A program made the position numbers and the translations under genes. Shown one piece after another: positions 17,527-28,413 of a stretch of 64,000 nucleotides of DNA; the first letter of the stretch is position 1, and each line of letters begins with the position of its first letter. This stretch comes from an uncultured Megasphaera sp. (GTDB taxonomy: Bacteria > Bacillota > Negativicutes > Veillonellales > Megasphaeraceae): contig CAKPVJ010000003.1 in NCBI GenBank assembly GCA_934193515.1, forward strand, positions 68,931 through 132,930, read 5' to 3'. The notes below the pieces were generated by a model, which had not been told where the DNA came from, searched no databases, and was given only the letters and a program-made list of their open reading frames with translations.

Positions 17527-20500
17527 TTGCAACTTTTGAAAATGGAGCTGCGGGGATTTAAGTCCTTTGCAGATAAGACAACCCTTACATTTGACAAAGG
17601 GATTACAGCGATTGTCGGACCCAATGGCAGCGGGAAAAGTAATATTTCGGATGCCGTCCGCTGGGTCATGGGCGAACAAAATGTCCGGCAGCTGCGCGGG
17701 CAGAAAGCAGAAGATATTATTTTTGCCGGAACAGAAAAACGACAGCCCCAGGGCGCGGCAGAAGTGTCGCTGTATTTTGATAACAGTGACCATGCGCTGG
17801 ATTTGGATTTTTCTGAAGTCGCTGTTACGCGCCGGTTGTTCCGCTCCGGCGAAAGTGAATTTTATATCAACAAACGGCCATGCCGACTTAAAGATATTCA
17901 CATGCTTTTTGCTTCTACTGGTATCGGGCAGGATTCGATGGCGGTCATCGGCCAGAATCGGGTAGACCGGATTCTCAACAGCAAGCCGGAAGAACGACGC
18001 GTTATTTTTGAAGAAGTAGCCGGTATCAGTCGATATAAAGGACGCAAGCAGGATGGACTGCGCAAAATCGCAGAAACAGAGCGCAATCTGGAACGCATTC
18101 AAGATATGATGAGCATGCTGGCAGACCGCATGGGCCCGTTGGCAGAACAAGCACAGAAAGTAAAACAGTTTCGGGCTTTGGACAGTGAGCGTATTTCCTA
18201 TGAAGGCACGCTGACATTGCAGGAACTGCGCAACTGTGAACGGCTGCTGTCCAAGGCGGAAAATTATCGTTTGGCTGCCTTGGCAGAACAAACTGCCGCA
18301 GAAAAAGAACTGGCCGCCATCGAGTCGCAGCGGCAGGAACTGCTGCAGACGATGGAAACAGAAGGCGAAAGGCTGCGAAACTTGGATGCGCAGGCTCTCA
18401 ACGCGCACAATGAATTGGACAGCATGAAGAGCCGTCATGATGCCTTTATGCAGCGGCAGGCCACGTTGAAGGAAAATGAAAAAGAACTGGCTGAAGAGAA
18501 ACAGGTCCTGCAGCAAAAGGCTGTACAGCTAAAAGAGCAGGAAGTCAGTCTGGCAGAACAGCAGCAGCAAAAGAAAACAGAGCTGGCCGCTGCAGAAAAA
18601 GGACTGGCGCTGACCGAAGCGTTGGCGGGTAAGGCAGAACAGCAGGCCGAAAAAGCCGCGGCTGATTTGGAAGAAGTAACGGCAGCCAATACAGCCCGGC
18701 AGCAGCAGGTGTTTGTTCTGCAGCGGGACGCGGAAGAACTGCGCCGCCGTTTGCAGGAAAACAACGCGCGGTATGAAGAAGTAAAACAGACGCTGCAGCA
18801 GCAGCGGGATGCCTGGAAACAGTCGCTGGCACGTTGGCAGGATGAAGAAACCAAATGCCAGGCCATGAAAAAAGAAGCGCAGGTATATGAAGCGGAAGCG
18901 GCTGCACAGCGGGAAACACTGAAAAAATGTGAAACTATGATGCGTGAAGCGGAGACGGCATACCGGCGTTTGCGGGGAACTGTCGATTCATTGACACAGC
19001 GTATTCGCGTATTGGAAAGCATGGAGCAGGAACATGAAGGCGTTGGCCGTCCTGTAAAAACGGTGCTGGACGCGCAGGCACCTTGGCGTTCTGGTATTTG
19101 CGGCGTCGTCGGTGAAGTATGCCAGATTCCTATACCGTATGCCACGGCACTGGATGTGGCCTTAGGCGCGGCGGCTCGTTATGTCATTACGCAAACGGAA
19201 AAAACGGCAAAGGCCGCTATTTCGTATCTCAAAGAACGGCATGCCGGCAGGACGACTTTTCTGCCGCTGGATACCATCAAAGAACGGACTCGGACGAACG
19301 ATGAAGAACGCGCGTCCAAGGAAGCGGGCATCTTGGGATTTGCCAATGAACTCATCACGTATGATGCGGCATATCAGCCTGTGTTTATGTCCCTGTTGGG
19401 GAAAACATTGATTGCGGAAACGATGGAAGTTGGTTCGGCCGTGGCACGAAAATACCGCCATCGGCTGCGCATCGTCTGCCTGGACGGCACCCAATTTAAT
19501 GCCGGCGGTTCGCTGACCGGCGGCAGCATGAAAGCCAAAGAAAGCTCGTTGATTAGTCGGCGTGTACTGCTGCAGGAATTAAAAGAAAAAGCAGCGGCCC
19601 AGCAAGCACAGATGGAAGAAGCCGTGCGTGTGGGAACTGCGAAACGACAGGAAGTCGAAGCGGCACGCGCCGCCATGGAAGCTGCAGAAGAAAAGCAGCA
19701 GCATAGTACGGTAGAGCTGCAAAAAGGAACATGGCAAATGACGACGGCGCAAAAAGAAGCACAGCAGCAGGAAGCGGCTTGGCATACGGCAGACAAACAG
19801 TGTGAATCACTGCTGCAGGTACGGGCCGATATGCAGGCAGAACTGCTGCAAAAGGAACAGGCGTTGGCAGAGGTAAAAGCCAGCCCGACAGCCGATACGA
19901 ATGCCTTGGAAGAAGCGCGCCGCAAGGCCTTGAAAGAAGCCGAATCGTGCCGCAGCATGCTGACAGACGGGCAGATTCATACGGCAACCCTGCGCGAACA
20001 GGTACGCCATATAGCAGAACAGCGCGTACAGCACAAACAAAATCAGGCCCAGCATGAGGCCGATTGCGACCGATTGGCACAGCGGGAAGCGGACCTGCAG
20101 AAGCGGCAGGATGAAACAAAAACCATGCTGCTTGATTTGGCGGCTAAAATTACGGCCAAAGAAGCGGAAACGCAGACGCACGATACGGCCAAAGAAGCCT
20201 TTTATAAAGCCAGAGAAGAAAATTTTAAACGCAATCAGAAACTGGAAGCAGCCGGAAAAGCCCAGCGAGAAACACTGCAGCAGTGCGGCAGCCGCGTGCA
20301 CAGTGCTGACGTGCAGCTGGAAAAATATCATGGGGAAATCCGGCACAATGAAGAACTGCTGGCCATGCAGGGATTGACGCGACAAGAAGCCATGGACAGG
20401 CGGCGGGACGGTTCGCTGAAAGAGCTGCATGAAAAAGTGAAGACGCTGAAGCAGCAGATAGCCGGCTTGGGGCAAATCAATCCCAACGCTGAAGAAGACT

Positions 20501-21081
20501 ATGAGGCAGCTGTCAAACAGCAGCAATTTTATGACAGCCAATGTGACGATTTGCGGGAATCTCGTACTAAACTGGAAGCCATTGTCGCTGAAATCGATGA
20601 TGCCATGGCCAAACAGTTTCGCCAGGCCTTTCAGGAAATCGGCAAACAGTTCCAGCAGATTTTCAGCAGGCTCTTTGGCGGCGGCACGGCACATGTCGTA
20701 CTCACCGATACCAAAGATGTCTTGACGGCAGGTGTTGATATCTTTATCCAGCCTCCTGGGAAAAAACAGCAGCAGCTGACGTTATTGTCAGGGGGAGAAC
20801 GCGCCCTGACGGTTATTGCGTTGCTGCTGGCGTTTTTGGCGTATCATCCGGCTCCGTTTTGTCTGGTCGATGAAGTCGATGCGGCGTTAGACGAAGCCAA
20901 CGTAGAACGAATGGCGCGCTATTTAAAAAATTACAGCGGCAATACGCAGTTTATTGTCATTACCCACCGCCGCAAGACGATGGAAGCAGCCAATACGCTG
21001 CAGGGCGTGACGATGGAAGAACGGGGTGTATCCCGGCTGCTGACTGTAAAAGTAGATGAATTATTAGAGAAAGGAACTTAA
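17527..21081 (+). CDS. smc: Chromosome segregation protein SMC
   Basis: N-terminal Walker A GPNGSGKSN, long coiled coils, hinge, C-terminal LSGGE signature and Walker B. TTG start 10 nt after the SD. Confidence 0.9.
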   Translation: MQLLKMELRGFKSFADKTTLTFDKGITAIVGPNGSGKSNISDAVRWVMGEQNVRQLRGQKAEDIIFAGTEKRQPQGAAEVSLYFDNSDHALDLDFSEVAVTRRLFRSGESEFYINKRPCRLKDIHMLFASTGIGQDSMAVIGQNRVDRILNSKPEERRVIFEEVAGISRYKGRKQDGLRKIAETERNLERIQDMMSMLADRMGPLAEQAQKVKQFRALDSERISYEGTLTLQELRNCERLLSKAENYRLAALAEQTAAEKELAAIESQRQELLQTMETEGERLRNLDAQALNAHNELDSMKSRHDAFMQRQATLKENEKELAEEKQVLQQKAVQLKEQEVSLAEQQQQKKTELAAAEKGLALTEALAGKAEQQAEKAAADLEEVTAANTARQQQVFVLQRDAEELRRRLQENNARYEEVKQTLQQQRDAWKQSLARWQDEETKCQAMKKEAQVYEAEAAAQRETLKKCETMMREAETAYRRLRGTVDSLTQRIRVLESMEQEHEGVGRPVKTVLDAQAPWRSGICGVVGEVCQIPIPYATALDVALGAAARYVITQTEKTAKAAISYLKERHAGRTTFLPLDTIKERTRTNDEERASKEAGILGFANELITYDAAYQPVFMSLLGKTLIAETMEVGSAVARKYRHRLRIVCLDGTQFNAGGSLTGGSMKAKESSLISRRVLLQELKEKAAAQQAQMEEAVRVGTAKRQEVEAARAAMEAAEEKQQHSTVELQKGTWQMTTAQKEAQQQEAAWHTADKQCESLLQVRADMQAELLQKEQALAEVKASPTADTNALEEARRKALKEAESCRSMLTDGQIHTATLREQVRHIAEQRVQHKQNQAQHEADCDRLAQREADLQKRQDETKTMLLDLAAKITAKEAETQTHDTAKEAFYKAREENFKRNQKLEAAGKAQRETLQQCGSRVHSADVQLEKYHGEIRHNEELLAMQGLTRQEAMDRRRDGSLKELHEKVKTLKQQIAGLGQINPNAEEDYEAAVKQQQFYDSQCDDLRESRTKLEAIVAEIDDAMAKQFRQAFQEIGKQFQQIFSRLFGGGTAHVVLTDTKDVLTAGVDIFIQPPGKKQQQLTLLSGGERALTVIALLLAFLAYHPAPFCLVDEVDAALDEANVERMARYLKNYSGNTQFIVITHRRKTMEAANTLQGVTMEERGVSRLLTVKVDELLEKGT

Positions 21082-21083
21082 CC

Positions 21084-22028
21084 ATGGGATTTTTTTCAAG
21101 ATTACGCAAAGGTCTGGAAAAGACTAAAAATTCACTGATTCAAAATATTGAAACCGTCGTTCGCGGCTATGCTAAGATCGACGAAGAAATGTATGAAGAT
21201 TTGGAAGCGATTATGCTGACTGGGGATATCGGTATTGAAACGACGGATTACCTTCTCGGCAAAATTCGCGAAGGCGTCAAATCCAAAGAAATTGAAGACG
21301 GCAATGATGTCGTTCCTTATTTGGAAAAATGTATCGTTGCCTTATTGGAAGAAAATAATGAACCCGTGCTGGACCGGACCGGTTCTACAGAAGTTATCTT
21401 TATTGTCGGCGTCAACGGCGTCGGCAAAACGACGACGATTGGCAAACTGGCTAAATATTATACCCAGCAGGGCAAATCCGTCATGTTGGCTGCCGGCGAT
21501 ACTTTCCGCGCCGCTGCTTCTGAACAGCTGACGATTTGGGCACAGCGCACCGGTGTACCGATTGTCAAGCATCAGGAAGGTGCCGACGCGGCAGCTGTTG
21601 TCTTTGATGCGACGGCATCAGCTAAAGCGCGCGGCATCGATATTCTTCTTGTTGATACGGCAGGACGGCTGCAGACCAAATCCAACTTGATGGAAGAACT
21701 GCGCAAGATGGCCCGCGTTGCCGGCCGCAACATTGAAGGTGCACCGCATGAAACACTGCTGGTATTGGATGCGACGACAGGACAAAACGCCGTCAGCCAG
21801 GCCAAACTGTTTGGCGATGTCGTACCTCTTACGGGTGTCGTATTGACTAAACTGGACGGCACGGCCAAAGGCGGCATCATTTTATCTGTCAAACGAGAAT
21901 TAGGCGTGCCCGTACGCTGGGTAGGCGTAGGGGAAGGCGTTGACGATTTGCGCCCCTTTGATGCTGCTCAATTTGCAGATGCCCTGTTTGATAAAAACGT
22001 AGAACAGCGGGAACAGGAAGACGATTAG
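21084..22028 (+). CDS. ftsY: Signal recognition particle receptor FtsY (short form, NG domain)
   Basis: GTPase motifs GVNGVGKTTT, DTAGR and TKLD. The conserved smc-ftsY arrangement is present. Confidence 0.9.
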   Translation: MGFFSRLRKGLEKTKNSLIQNIETVVRGYAKIDEEMYEDLEAIMLTGDIGIETTDYLLGKIREGVKSKEIEDGNDVVPYLEKCIVALLEENNEPVLDRTGSTEVIFIVGVNGVGKTTTIGKLAKYYTQQGKSVMLAAGDTFRAAASEQLTIWAQRTGVPIVKHQEGADAAAVVFDATASAKARGIDILLVDTAGRLQTKSNLMEELRKMARVAGRNIEGAPHETLLVLDATTGQNAVSQAKLFGDVVPLTGVVLTKLDGTAKGGIILSVKRELGVPVRWVGVGEGVDDLRPFDAAQFADALFDKNVEQREQEDD

Positions 22029-22042
22029 GAGGGAATACAGCG

Positions 22043-22504
22043 ATGTATGTAGGAAATATTAAGCAATGGCAAAACGAAGCAGCATATCTGCCGCCTAAAC
22101 TGGTGCCGTGGATTCAAAAACTGGCATCGTTAGACGTACAAACTCTGGCGCCGGGACGGCATGAGCTGGGAAACGGCAATTATATGAACGTGGATGTTAC
22201 CCAAACAGCTCCGGCAGCCCAGCGTACGATGGAAGCCCATCGGGCATATATTGACATCCAAATGGTCATTGAAGGCAGTGAAATCATAGGGTATCAGCCG
22301 ATTATGAATGCCGGTGAAGTAGTAGAAGACCGAAGCGCTGCCGATGCGTGGTTTTACAATCCATCGCTGGCAGCGGATACGCAGATTCATATGGGAGAAG
22401 GTACCTTTGCGGTATTTGCACCGGCAGACGGACACCGCTGCTTATGTGCGCCCGACGGCATCGGCCGCCCTATACGGAAAGTAATCATGAAAATTAAAAT
22501 ATAA
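22043..22504 (+). CDS. YhcH/YjgK/YiaL (DUF386) family protein
   Basis: About 150 aa. Motifs GNI.., YIDIQMV.EG and F.VF.P.D.H..C match E. coli YhcH. Confidence 0.7.
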   Translation: MYVGNIKQWQNEAAYLPPKLVPWIQKLASLDVQTLAPGRHELGNGNYMNVDVTQTAPAAQRTMEAHRAYIDIQMVIEGSEIIGYQPIMNAGEVVEDRSAADAWFYNPSLAADTQIHMGEGTFAVFAPADGHRCLCAPDGIGRPIRKVIMKIKI

Positions 22505-22685
22505 CCCCAAAACAGCAGGATACGAGAGTATATTCCTGTTTTCAGCGGCAAAGAAATATAAGATAACTCAGGGAATCTTTATTGACTTTTCATAGGCAGT
22601 ATATTAAACTATATCTTGGTACTGAGTTTTCGTTTTGAGTTTCTTTACTACGCAATGTATCAATTTTGATTTAGGATGTGTTGAG

Positions 22686-23282
22686 ATGGCAAAAGATATT
22701 CGAGAGAAAATTATTAAGGAAGCCCTGCGTGAAATCAATTGCCGCGGTTCGGACTTCCATATGGATGATTTAGCTCGAAATCTCCGCATCAGCAAGCGGA
22801 CGCTGTATGAACATTTTGCGTCCAAGCAGGCTATTATCGAAGAATCTCTTCTTTCTATGATGGGAAAAATTCAGGAAGAACACCGCAAACTGCTGGCTGA
22901 TCCGGATATGACAACAGAAGAAAAAATTATTAGTTTTTTTAAAGTAAAATCTAACAACATTACGGTATTATCGGTGCGGAAAACGACAGACCTGCTGAAA
23001 AAAATGCCGGATGTATGTGAAAAATTGGAAATTGCGCGAAAAGCGGATTGGGATATTTTAGGCCAACTGCTGGATACAGCACAGCAGGAAGATGATTTTA
23101 AGCCGTTTGATAAGTTTTTATTGATTCATATGCTGCACAGTGCAGCCGATGATGTCATTGACTACTTTGATAAAGTAAAACATGATTACTCTTTTCCAGA
23201 ATACATGGAACGATGTATTTGCGTCATTCTATATGGAATCAAAACAGATAGGGGGCAATTAACGAATGATAAAAAAGCATAA
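22686..23282 (+). CDS. TetR/AcrR-family transcriptional regulator
   Basis: N-terminal HTH (..LARNLRISKRTLYEHFASKQAI..). Sits directly upstream of the RND efflux genes; the promoter TTGACT-18-TAAACT lies between inverted repeats AACTCAG/CTGAGTT. Confidence 0.75.
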   Translation: MAKDIREKIIKEALREINCRGSDFHMDDLARNLRISKRTLYEHFASKQAIIEESLLSMMGKIQEEHRKLLADPDMTTEEKIISFFKVKSNNITVLSVRKTTDLLKKMPDVCEKLEIARKADWDILGQLLDTAQQEDDFKPFDKFLLIHMLHSAADDVIDYFDKVKHDYSFPEYMERCICVILYGIKTDRGQLTNDKKA

Positions 23283-24432
23283 GTTTCTTACCATGGGCGT
23301 CACCATATTGACTGTCGCAGCATTGCTGGCCGGTTGTGGTGCACAAAAGGGAGCACAAAAAGGTGCTGTTTCTGTTAATACGTATAAAGTAGAAGCAGAA
23401 GATACGCCGGTCAAGGCGGAATACAGCGGCACTGTCACGGCAACGGATAAAGTACCGGTACGTGCCAAAATTTCCGGCCGCGTTGTGGAAAAATACGTAC
23501 AAGGCGGTCAGAGCGTGACAGCAGGACAGCCATTGTTCCGTATAGACAGCCGCAGCTATGATGCGGCACTGCAGGAAGCCAAGGCTACACAGGCCCAGGC
23601 AGCTGCCAACCTTGCCAATGAACAGCTGAATTTACAGCGGTATCAGGCATTGGCCGATCAGGATGCGGTTTCCGTACAGACCGTAACGAATCAGGAAGCT
23701 GCTACACAGCAGCAGCAGGCTGTCTTGGAAGCACGGGCGGCACAGGTTCAGGCGGCACAGGACAATGTTGATGACACGATTGTGTATGCGCCGTTCGACG
23801 GCAAATTGAACGTAGATGATGTACCGGTCGGCACCTATGCGACGGCTGGTTCTACAGCATTAGTTACGATTTCTTCAACCAATCCGGTATTTGTTGAATT
23901 CTCCGTCAGTGAAGCAGAATATCTGCAGATGACGAAAAAAGCACCGGACGCACCGGGAAGCTGGGGCGACCATTTACAGCTCCGTTTGAGTGACGGCACG
24001 ATGTATGCCTATGAAGGCCATGTAACCCAGGTCAACCACGGCATGGACGGCAACTCCGGCTCTATTATTGTCAAAGCCGTATTTGACAATCCGGAAAACC
24101 TCTTGATTCCGGGCTTGTACGGCACAGTCGTTTCCGACACGCAGGTACAGCAGAAAGCCTTGCTTGTACCGCAGCGCGCCGTACAGCAGACGTTAGGTAA
24201 ATATTTCATTTCCGTTATTGATGAAAGCGGCCAGGCGCAAAACAAAGAAGTTACGCCGGGACAGAAAGTCGGGAAGTTCTGGATTATCAACAGCGGCTTG
24301 AATGACGGCGACTTGATTATTGTCGATGGCTATCAAAAAGCCAATGGCGCAACCTTGGATCAGCATCTGCTTTCTAAAGATGACGTAGAAAACGATACCA
24401 CGAGCAGTGACGCTGCAAGCCAGTCTAAATAG
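23266..24432 (+). CDS. RND efflux periplasmic adaptor (membrane fusion protein, AcrA/MexA-like) lipoprotein
   Basis: Lipobox LLAGCG, coiled-coil hairpin, and HlyD_D23-like beta-barrel domains. Confidence 0.8.
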   Translation: MIKKHKFLTMGVTILTVAALLAGCGAQKGAQKGAVSVNTYKVEAEDTPVKAEYSGTVTATDKVPVRAKISGRVVEKYVQGGQSVTAGQPLFRIDSRSYDAALQEAKATQAQAAANLANEQLNLQRYQALADQDAVSVQTVTNQEAATQQQQAVLEARAAQVQAAQDNVDDTIVYAPFDGKLNVDDVPVGTYATAGSTALVTISSTNPVFVEFSVSEAEYLQMTKKAPDAPGSWGDHLQLRLSDGTMYAYEGHVTQVNHGMDGNSGSIIVKAVFDNPENLLIPGLYGTVVSDTQVQQKALLVPQRAVQQTLGKYFISVIDESGQAQNKEVTPGQKVGKFWIINSGLNDGDLIIVDGYQKANGATLDQHLLSKDDVENDTTSSDAASQSK

Positions 24433-24446
24433 GGGGCGAGAAGACA

Positions 24447-27400
24447 GTGATATCTAAATTTTTTATTGACAGGCCGATTTTTGCTATCGTTATATCCCTG
24501 ATTATTTCTATTTTGGGTGTACTTTCGATAGTCACGCTTCCTGTCGCTAAATATCCAAACGTTACGCCGCCGCAGATTAGCGTATCTGCTACGTATGTAG
24601 GGGCCAACGCAGAAGTTATCGGCGATACCGTTGCCAGTGTCATTGAACGGCAGCTGATCGGCGTCGATGATTTGGTAAACATGGAAAGTTCCAGTAACGA
24701 CTCGGGCCGATATTCTCTGACCGTACAGTATGAAACGGGTTCTGATGATGATATGGATATGGTCAATACGCAGAACCGTATCAGCCAGGTACAGTCTACG
24801 CTGCCGCAGGAAGTTACCCAGACAGGCGTTACGGTACAGAAATCTTCCAGCGGTACAGCTATGGTATTCTCGCTGTACTCTCCGAATGGTTCGTATGATG
24901 AAACATTTATGAAGAACTATGCGACACAGTATTTCATGGATGAATTAAAAGGCGTATCCGGCATCGGCGATGTACAGGAATTTGGTTCTGACTATGCCAT
25001 GCGTATTTGGATGGATCCATTAAAAATGAGTGTCCTGAAAGTAACGCCGACGGATATTATTTCTGCCATTCAGACACAGAATACACAGGCTGCTGTTGGT
25101 ACTGTCGGTTCACAGCCGACGCCGTCGGACCAGACGTATCAATATACGATGCGTGCTGACGGCCGTTTGTCTACAGCTGATGAATTTAAAAAAGTTATTA
25201 TTCGCACGAATGCTGATGGGACGATGGTTCGTGTCGGCGATGTAGCCAGGGTTGAATTGGGTTCCAAGGATTATACTGTTCATGGCTATTTTGGCGGCCA
25301 GCCGAGTGCTACTTTTATGATTAGCTTGACTTCGGATGCCAATGCAATGCAGACCGTAAGCAATGCTACCAAAGTATTGGCTAAGGCAAAAGAATCCTTC
25401 CCGTCTGATTTGGATTATAAAATCGTATACGACAGCACGAAATTCGTAAAAGCATCTATCGAAGAAGTTATTATTACATTCGTCGAAGCCCTGCTTTTAG
25501 TTGCAGCGATTGTATACTTATTCTTACAAAGCGGTCGTTCTACGTTAATTCCGCTGTTGGCTGTACCAGTATCTCTGTTGGGTACATTTGCCTGCTTCAA
25601 AGTGCTCGATTTCTCCATTAACACGTTGACATTGTTTGCCATGGTATTGGCTATCGGCCTGCTGGTCGATGATGCCATCGTTGTTATCGAAGCGGTTGAA
25701 TATGAAATCAAGTACAACAGCAGGTCGCCGCGCGAGGCTACCATTATTGCGATGCAGAATGTACAAGGCCCGGTTATCGGCGTTGCCTGCGTACTGGCAT
25801 CCGTATTCGTACCGGTCGGCTTCCTCAGCGGCATGAGCGGCGTACTGTATCGGCAGTTTGCGTTGACGATTGCCGTATCTGTCGCCATTTCCGCGTTTGT
25901 AGCCTTGACGTTGACACCGGCTATGTGCGCATCCATTTTGCGTGTGCATAAGCCGACGGAAAATGCCCATGGCCTGTTCAAATTTTTCCAGTGGTTTAAT
26001 GCGACCTTTGACCGCATCGTCAACTGGTACGGCATTCGCTTAGCCTATTTGAACCAGCGCATCAAATGGTGCGTCGTGTTCCTGATTATTATTTCCGGTA
26101 TTTCCGGTTTCTTGTTTACCATTATTCCGACTGGTTTCGTACCATCTGAAGATAATGGCTTCCTCATGGTCAATACGACACTGCCGGAAGGCACGTCGCA
26201 GACAGAAACACAAAAAATTGCCAACAACTTGGGCAAATGGCTTGAATCACAGCCAGGCGTCAAAATGTCTATGAACGTCGTCGGCTTTAGTATGCTTGCC
26301 GGCGGCGCCAAATCCAACGGTGCCGTATCCTTCGTTTCTATGAACGACTGGGACGAACGTAAAACAAAAGACTTATCGGTTGATACGTTGGTTGGCAAAA
26401 CGATGATGCACGGCATGCAAATACCGCAGGCTACGGTTGTAGCTATCAACCCGCCGCCAATCGACGGGATGGGCGTATCCTCCGGCTTTACCATGCAGAT
26501 TGAAGACCGCGGCGGTCACACGACAGCCCAGTTAAATGACACGGTACAGAAGTTCCTGGCAGCCGCTCGGAAACGTCCGGAAATCGGCAACATTTATACA
26601 GCCTTTTCCAACGATACGCCAGGGTATAAACTGGATATTGACCGCGATAAAGTAGCTCGTGAAGGCGTTTCTCTGAGTTCCGTATATTCTACGCTGCAGG
26701 CTTTCTATGGTTCCTATCAGATTAATGATTTCACCATTTTTGGCCGTAACTTTAAAGTTGTCATCCAAGCTTCGCCGGAATACCGCCAGAAGATTGAAGA
26801 CAACAACAACTTGTATGTACGCAACTCCAAGAATGAATTGGTATCTATTGCCAACTTTGTTCGACCCAAATCCGTCGGTTCTGCTTCTATTATCAACCGC
26901 TTTAACGATTACCCGGCTATCAAAGTCATGGGGGCGCCTGCCAGCGGCGTCAGCTCCGGCGATACGCTGAAAGCATTGGAAGAAGTAGCAAAAGAAACGT
27001 TGGGTGAAGGCTATCAGTATGAATGGTCCGGCATGAGCCGTGAAGAAGTCAAGGCCGGCAACCAAACGATTTATGTCTTTGCCTTAGCACTGCTCTTTGT
27101 ATTCTTGGTATTGGCAGCCTTGTACGAAAGCTGGAAAGTACCATTTGCTGTACTCTTTAGTGTACCGACAGGCTTGTTTGGCGCGACACTCTTTACGTAT
27201 ATTTTCAACCAGACCAACAATATTTACTTCCAGATTGGTATTTTGGCTGTCATCGGCTTGGCCGCCAAGAATGCTATCTTGATTATTGAATACGCTAAAG
27301 TTCGTGTAGATGAACGCGGCATGGATCCCGTATCGGCAGCTATCGAAGCCGCAAAAATCCGTCTGCGTCCTATCATCATGACGTCCCTGGCATTTGTCGT

Positions 27401-27608
27401 CGGGTCTATCCCGCTGGCAACAGCTACCGGTGCAGGCGCAGCGTCCCGTGTTACCATGGGCATCGCCGTCGTCTTCGGTACATCCATGGCGACTATCTTA
27501 GGGGTATTCATCATTCCGATGCTCTTTATTTTAGTAGAAAAACTGGGGCATCGCGGAAGCTATACGAAACAAAAACCTCAAAACATAGGCAGAATGAGTG
27601 ACATATAA
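24447..27608 (+). CDS. RND multidrug efflux permease (AcrB/AcrD/AcrF family)
   Basis: 1053 aa; 12 TM segments with two large periplasmic loops; conserved AcrB motifs. No outer-membrane factor gene follows. Confidence 0.9.
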   Translation: MISKFFIDRPIFAIVISLIISILGVLSIVTLPVAKYPNVTPPQISVSATYVGANAEVIGDTVASVIERQLIGVDDLVNMESSSNDSGRYSLTVQYETGSDDDMDMVNTQNRISQVQSTLPQEVTQTGVTVQKSSSGTAMVFSLYSPNGSYDETFMKNYATQYFMDELKGVSGIGDVQEFGSDYAMRIWMDPLKMSVLKVTPTDIISAIQTQNTQAAVGTVGSQPTPSDQTYQYTMRADGRLSTADEFKKVIIRTNADGTMVRVGDVARVELGSKDYTVHGYFGGQPSATFMISLTSDANAMQTVSNATKVLAKAKESFPSDLDYKIVYDSTKFVKASIEEVIITFVEALLLVAAIVYLFLQSGRSTLIPLLAVPVSLLGTFACFKVLDFSINTLTLFAMVLAIGLLVDDAIVVIEAVEYEIKYNSRSPREATIIAMQNVQGPVIGVACVLASVFVPVGFLSGMSGVLYRQFALTIAVSVAISAFVALTLTPAMCASILRVHKPTENAHGLFKFFQWFNATFDRIVNWYGIRLAYLNQRIKWCVVFLIIISGISGFLFTIIPTGFVPSEDNGFLMVNTTLPEGTSQTETQKIANNLGKWLESQPGVKMSMNVVGFSMLAGGAKSNGAVSFVSMNDWDERKTKDLSVDTLVGKTMMHGMQIPQATVVAINPPPIDGMGVSSGFTMQIEDRGGHTTAQLNDTVQKFLAAARKRPEIGNIYTAFSNDTPGYKLDIDRDKVAREGVSLSSVYSTLQAFYGSYQINDFTIFGRNFKVVIQASPEYRQKIEDNNNLYVRNSKNELVSIANFVRPKSVGSASIINRFNDYPAIKVMGAPASGVSSGDTLKALEEVAKETLGEGYQYEWSGMSREEVKAGNQTIYVFALALLFVFLVLAALYESWKVPFAVLFSVPTGLFGATLFTYIFNQTNNIYFQIGILAVIGLAAKNAILIIEYAKVRVDERGMDPVSAAIEAAKIRLRPIIMTSLAFVVGSIPLATATGAGAASRVTMGIAVVFGTSMATILGVFIIPMLFILVEKLGHRGSYTKQKPQNIGRMSDI

Positions 27609-27646
27609 AAAACTGTCATCTGTTCTTGACCTAGTTAAAAACCAGC

Positions 27647-27694
27647 AAAGTGCTGTTTTGCATGCGTTGTGTACGCTGCAGGACAGCACTTTTT
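27647..27694 (+). terminator. Rho-independent terminator after the RND operon (10-bp stem AAAGTGCTGT/ACAGCACTTT, 26-nt loop, T5)
   Basis: Seen directly in sequence. Confidence 0.6.
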
Positions 27695-27802
27695 GGTTCT
27701 TTGATAAACAAAGGGAGCGTAAAATAGTTTGTACAAGAGGTGTATTGATAAAATCTTTTATAAAAGTATATACTATGTATATACGTAAGGAGAAACGGCA
27801 CC

Positions 27803-28051
27803 ATGGAAACAACAATTAAAATTCAAAAGTGGGGAAACTCACATGGGATACGGCTTCCTAAAGTCGTATTGGATGCGGTGCAATGGAAAGAAAATGATAC
27901 GATAGAAATTATTGAACAAAATGGAAGCCTGCTTCTCAAACCGATTGCACCTAAGCGAAAATCTATTGATGAATTGTTTGCTGGGTATCAGGGAGCGTAT
28001 AAAGCAAAAGAAATAGACTGGGGAGAAAAAGCGGGTAGCGAAATATGGTAA
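27803..28051 (+). CDS. mazE: MazE/AbrB-fold antitoxin
   Basis: 82 aa. The SpoVT-AbrB swapped-hairpin N-terminus (IQKWGNSHGIRLPK) is present, and the gene overlaps mazF by 7 nt. Confidence 0.7.
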   Translation: METTIKIQKWGNSHGIRLPKVVLDAVQWKENDTIEIIEQNGSLLLKPIAPKRKSIDELFAGYQGAYKAKEIDWGEKAGSEIW

Positions 28052-28374
28052 AACAAGGCTCTATTATCAAAATAAACTTTAATCCCCAATCAGGACATGA
28101 ACAGGCAGGGTACCGTTCTGCTGTAGTGATTAGCAACAACACGTTTAATGAAAAAGCCAGGCTAGCGATTGTTTGTCCTATAACGAATACAAAAAATAAT
28201 TTTCCATTGCATATTCCTTTAGATAACAGAACGATAACAACCGGATGCATCTTATGTGAACATATACGGGCATTGGACGTTGAATCCAGAGGATACCGCG
28301 TAGTGGAGCAGTTGCCGGAAGACCTTTTACAACAAACATTAAACATAGCATTTGCAGAGATTGATACCCCGTAA
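28045..28374 (+). CDS. mazF: MazF/PemK-family endoribonuclease toxin
   Basis: 109 aa; PemK-like fold motifs (GSIIKINFNPQSGHEQAGYRSAVVIS..VCPIT). Confidence 0.8.
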   Translation: MVKQGSIIKINFNPQSGHEQAGYRSAVVISNNTFNEKARLAIVCPITNTKNNFPLHIPLDNRTITTGCILCEHIRALDVESRGYRVVEQLPEDLLQQTLNIAFAEIDTP

Positions 28375-28379
28375 AACGA

Positions 28380-28413
28380 GAAGAAGCATGATTTTGTCGT
28401 GCTTCTTCTTTTT
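28380..28413 (+). terminator. Rho-independent terminator after mazF (GAAGAAGCA/TGCTTCTTC + T5)
   Basis: Seen directly in sequence. Confidence 0.65.
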
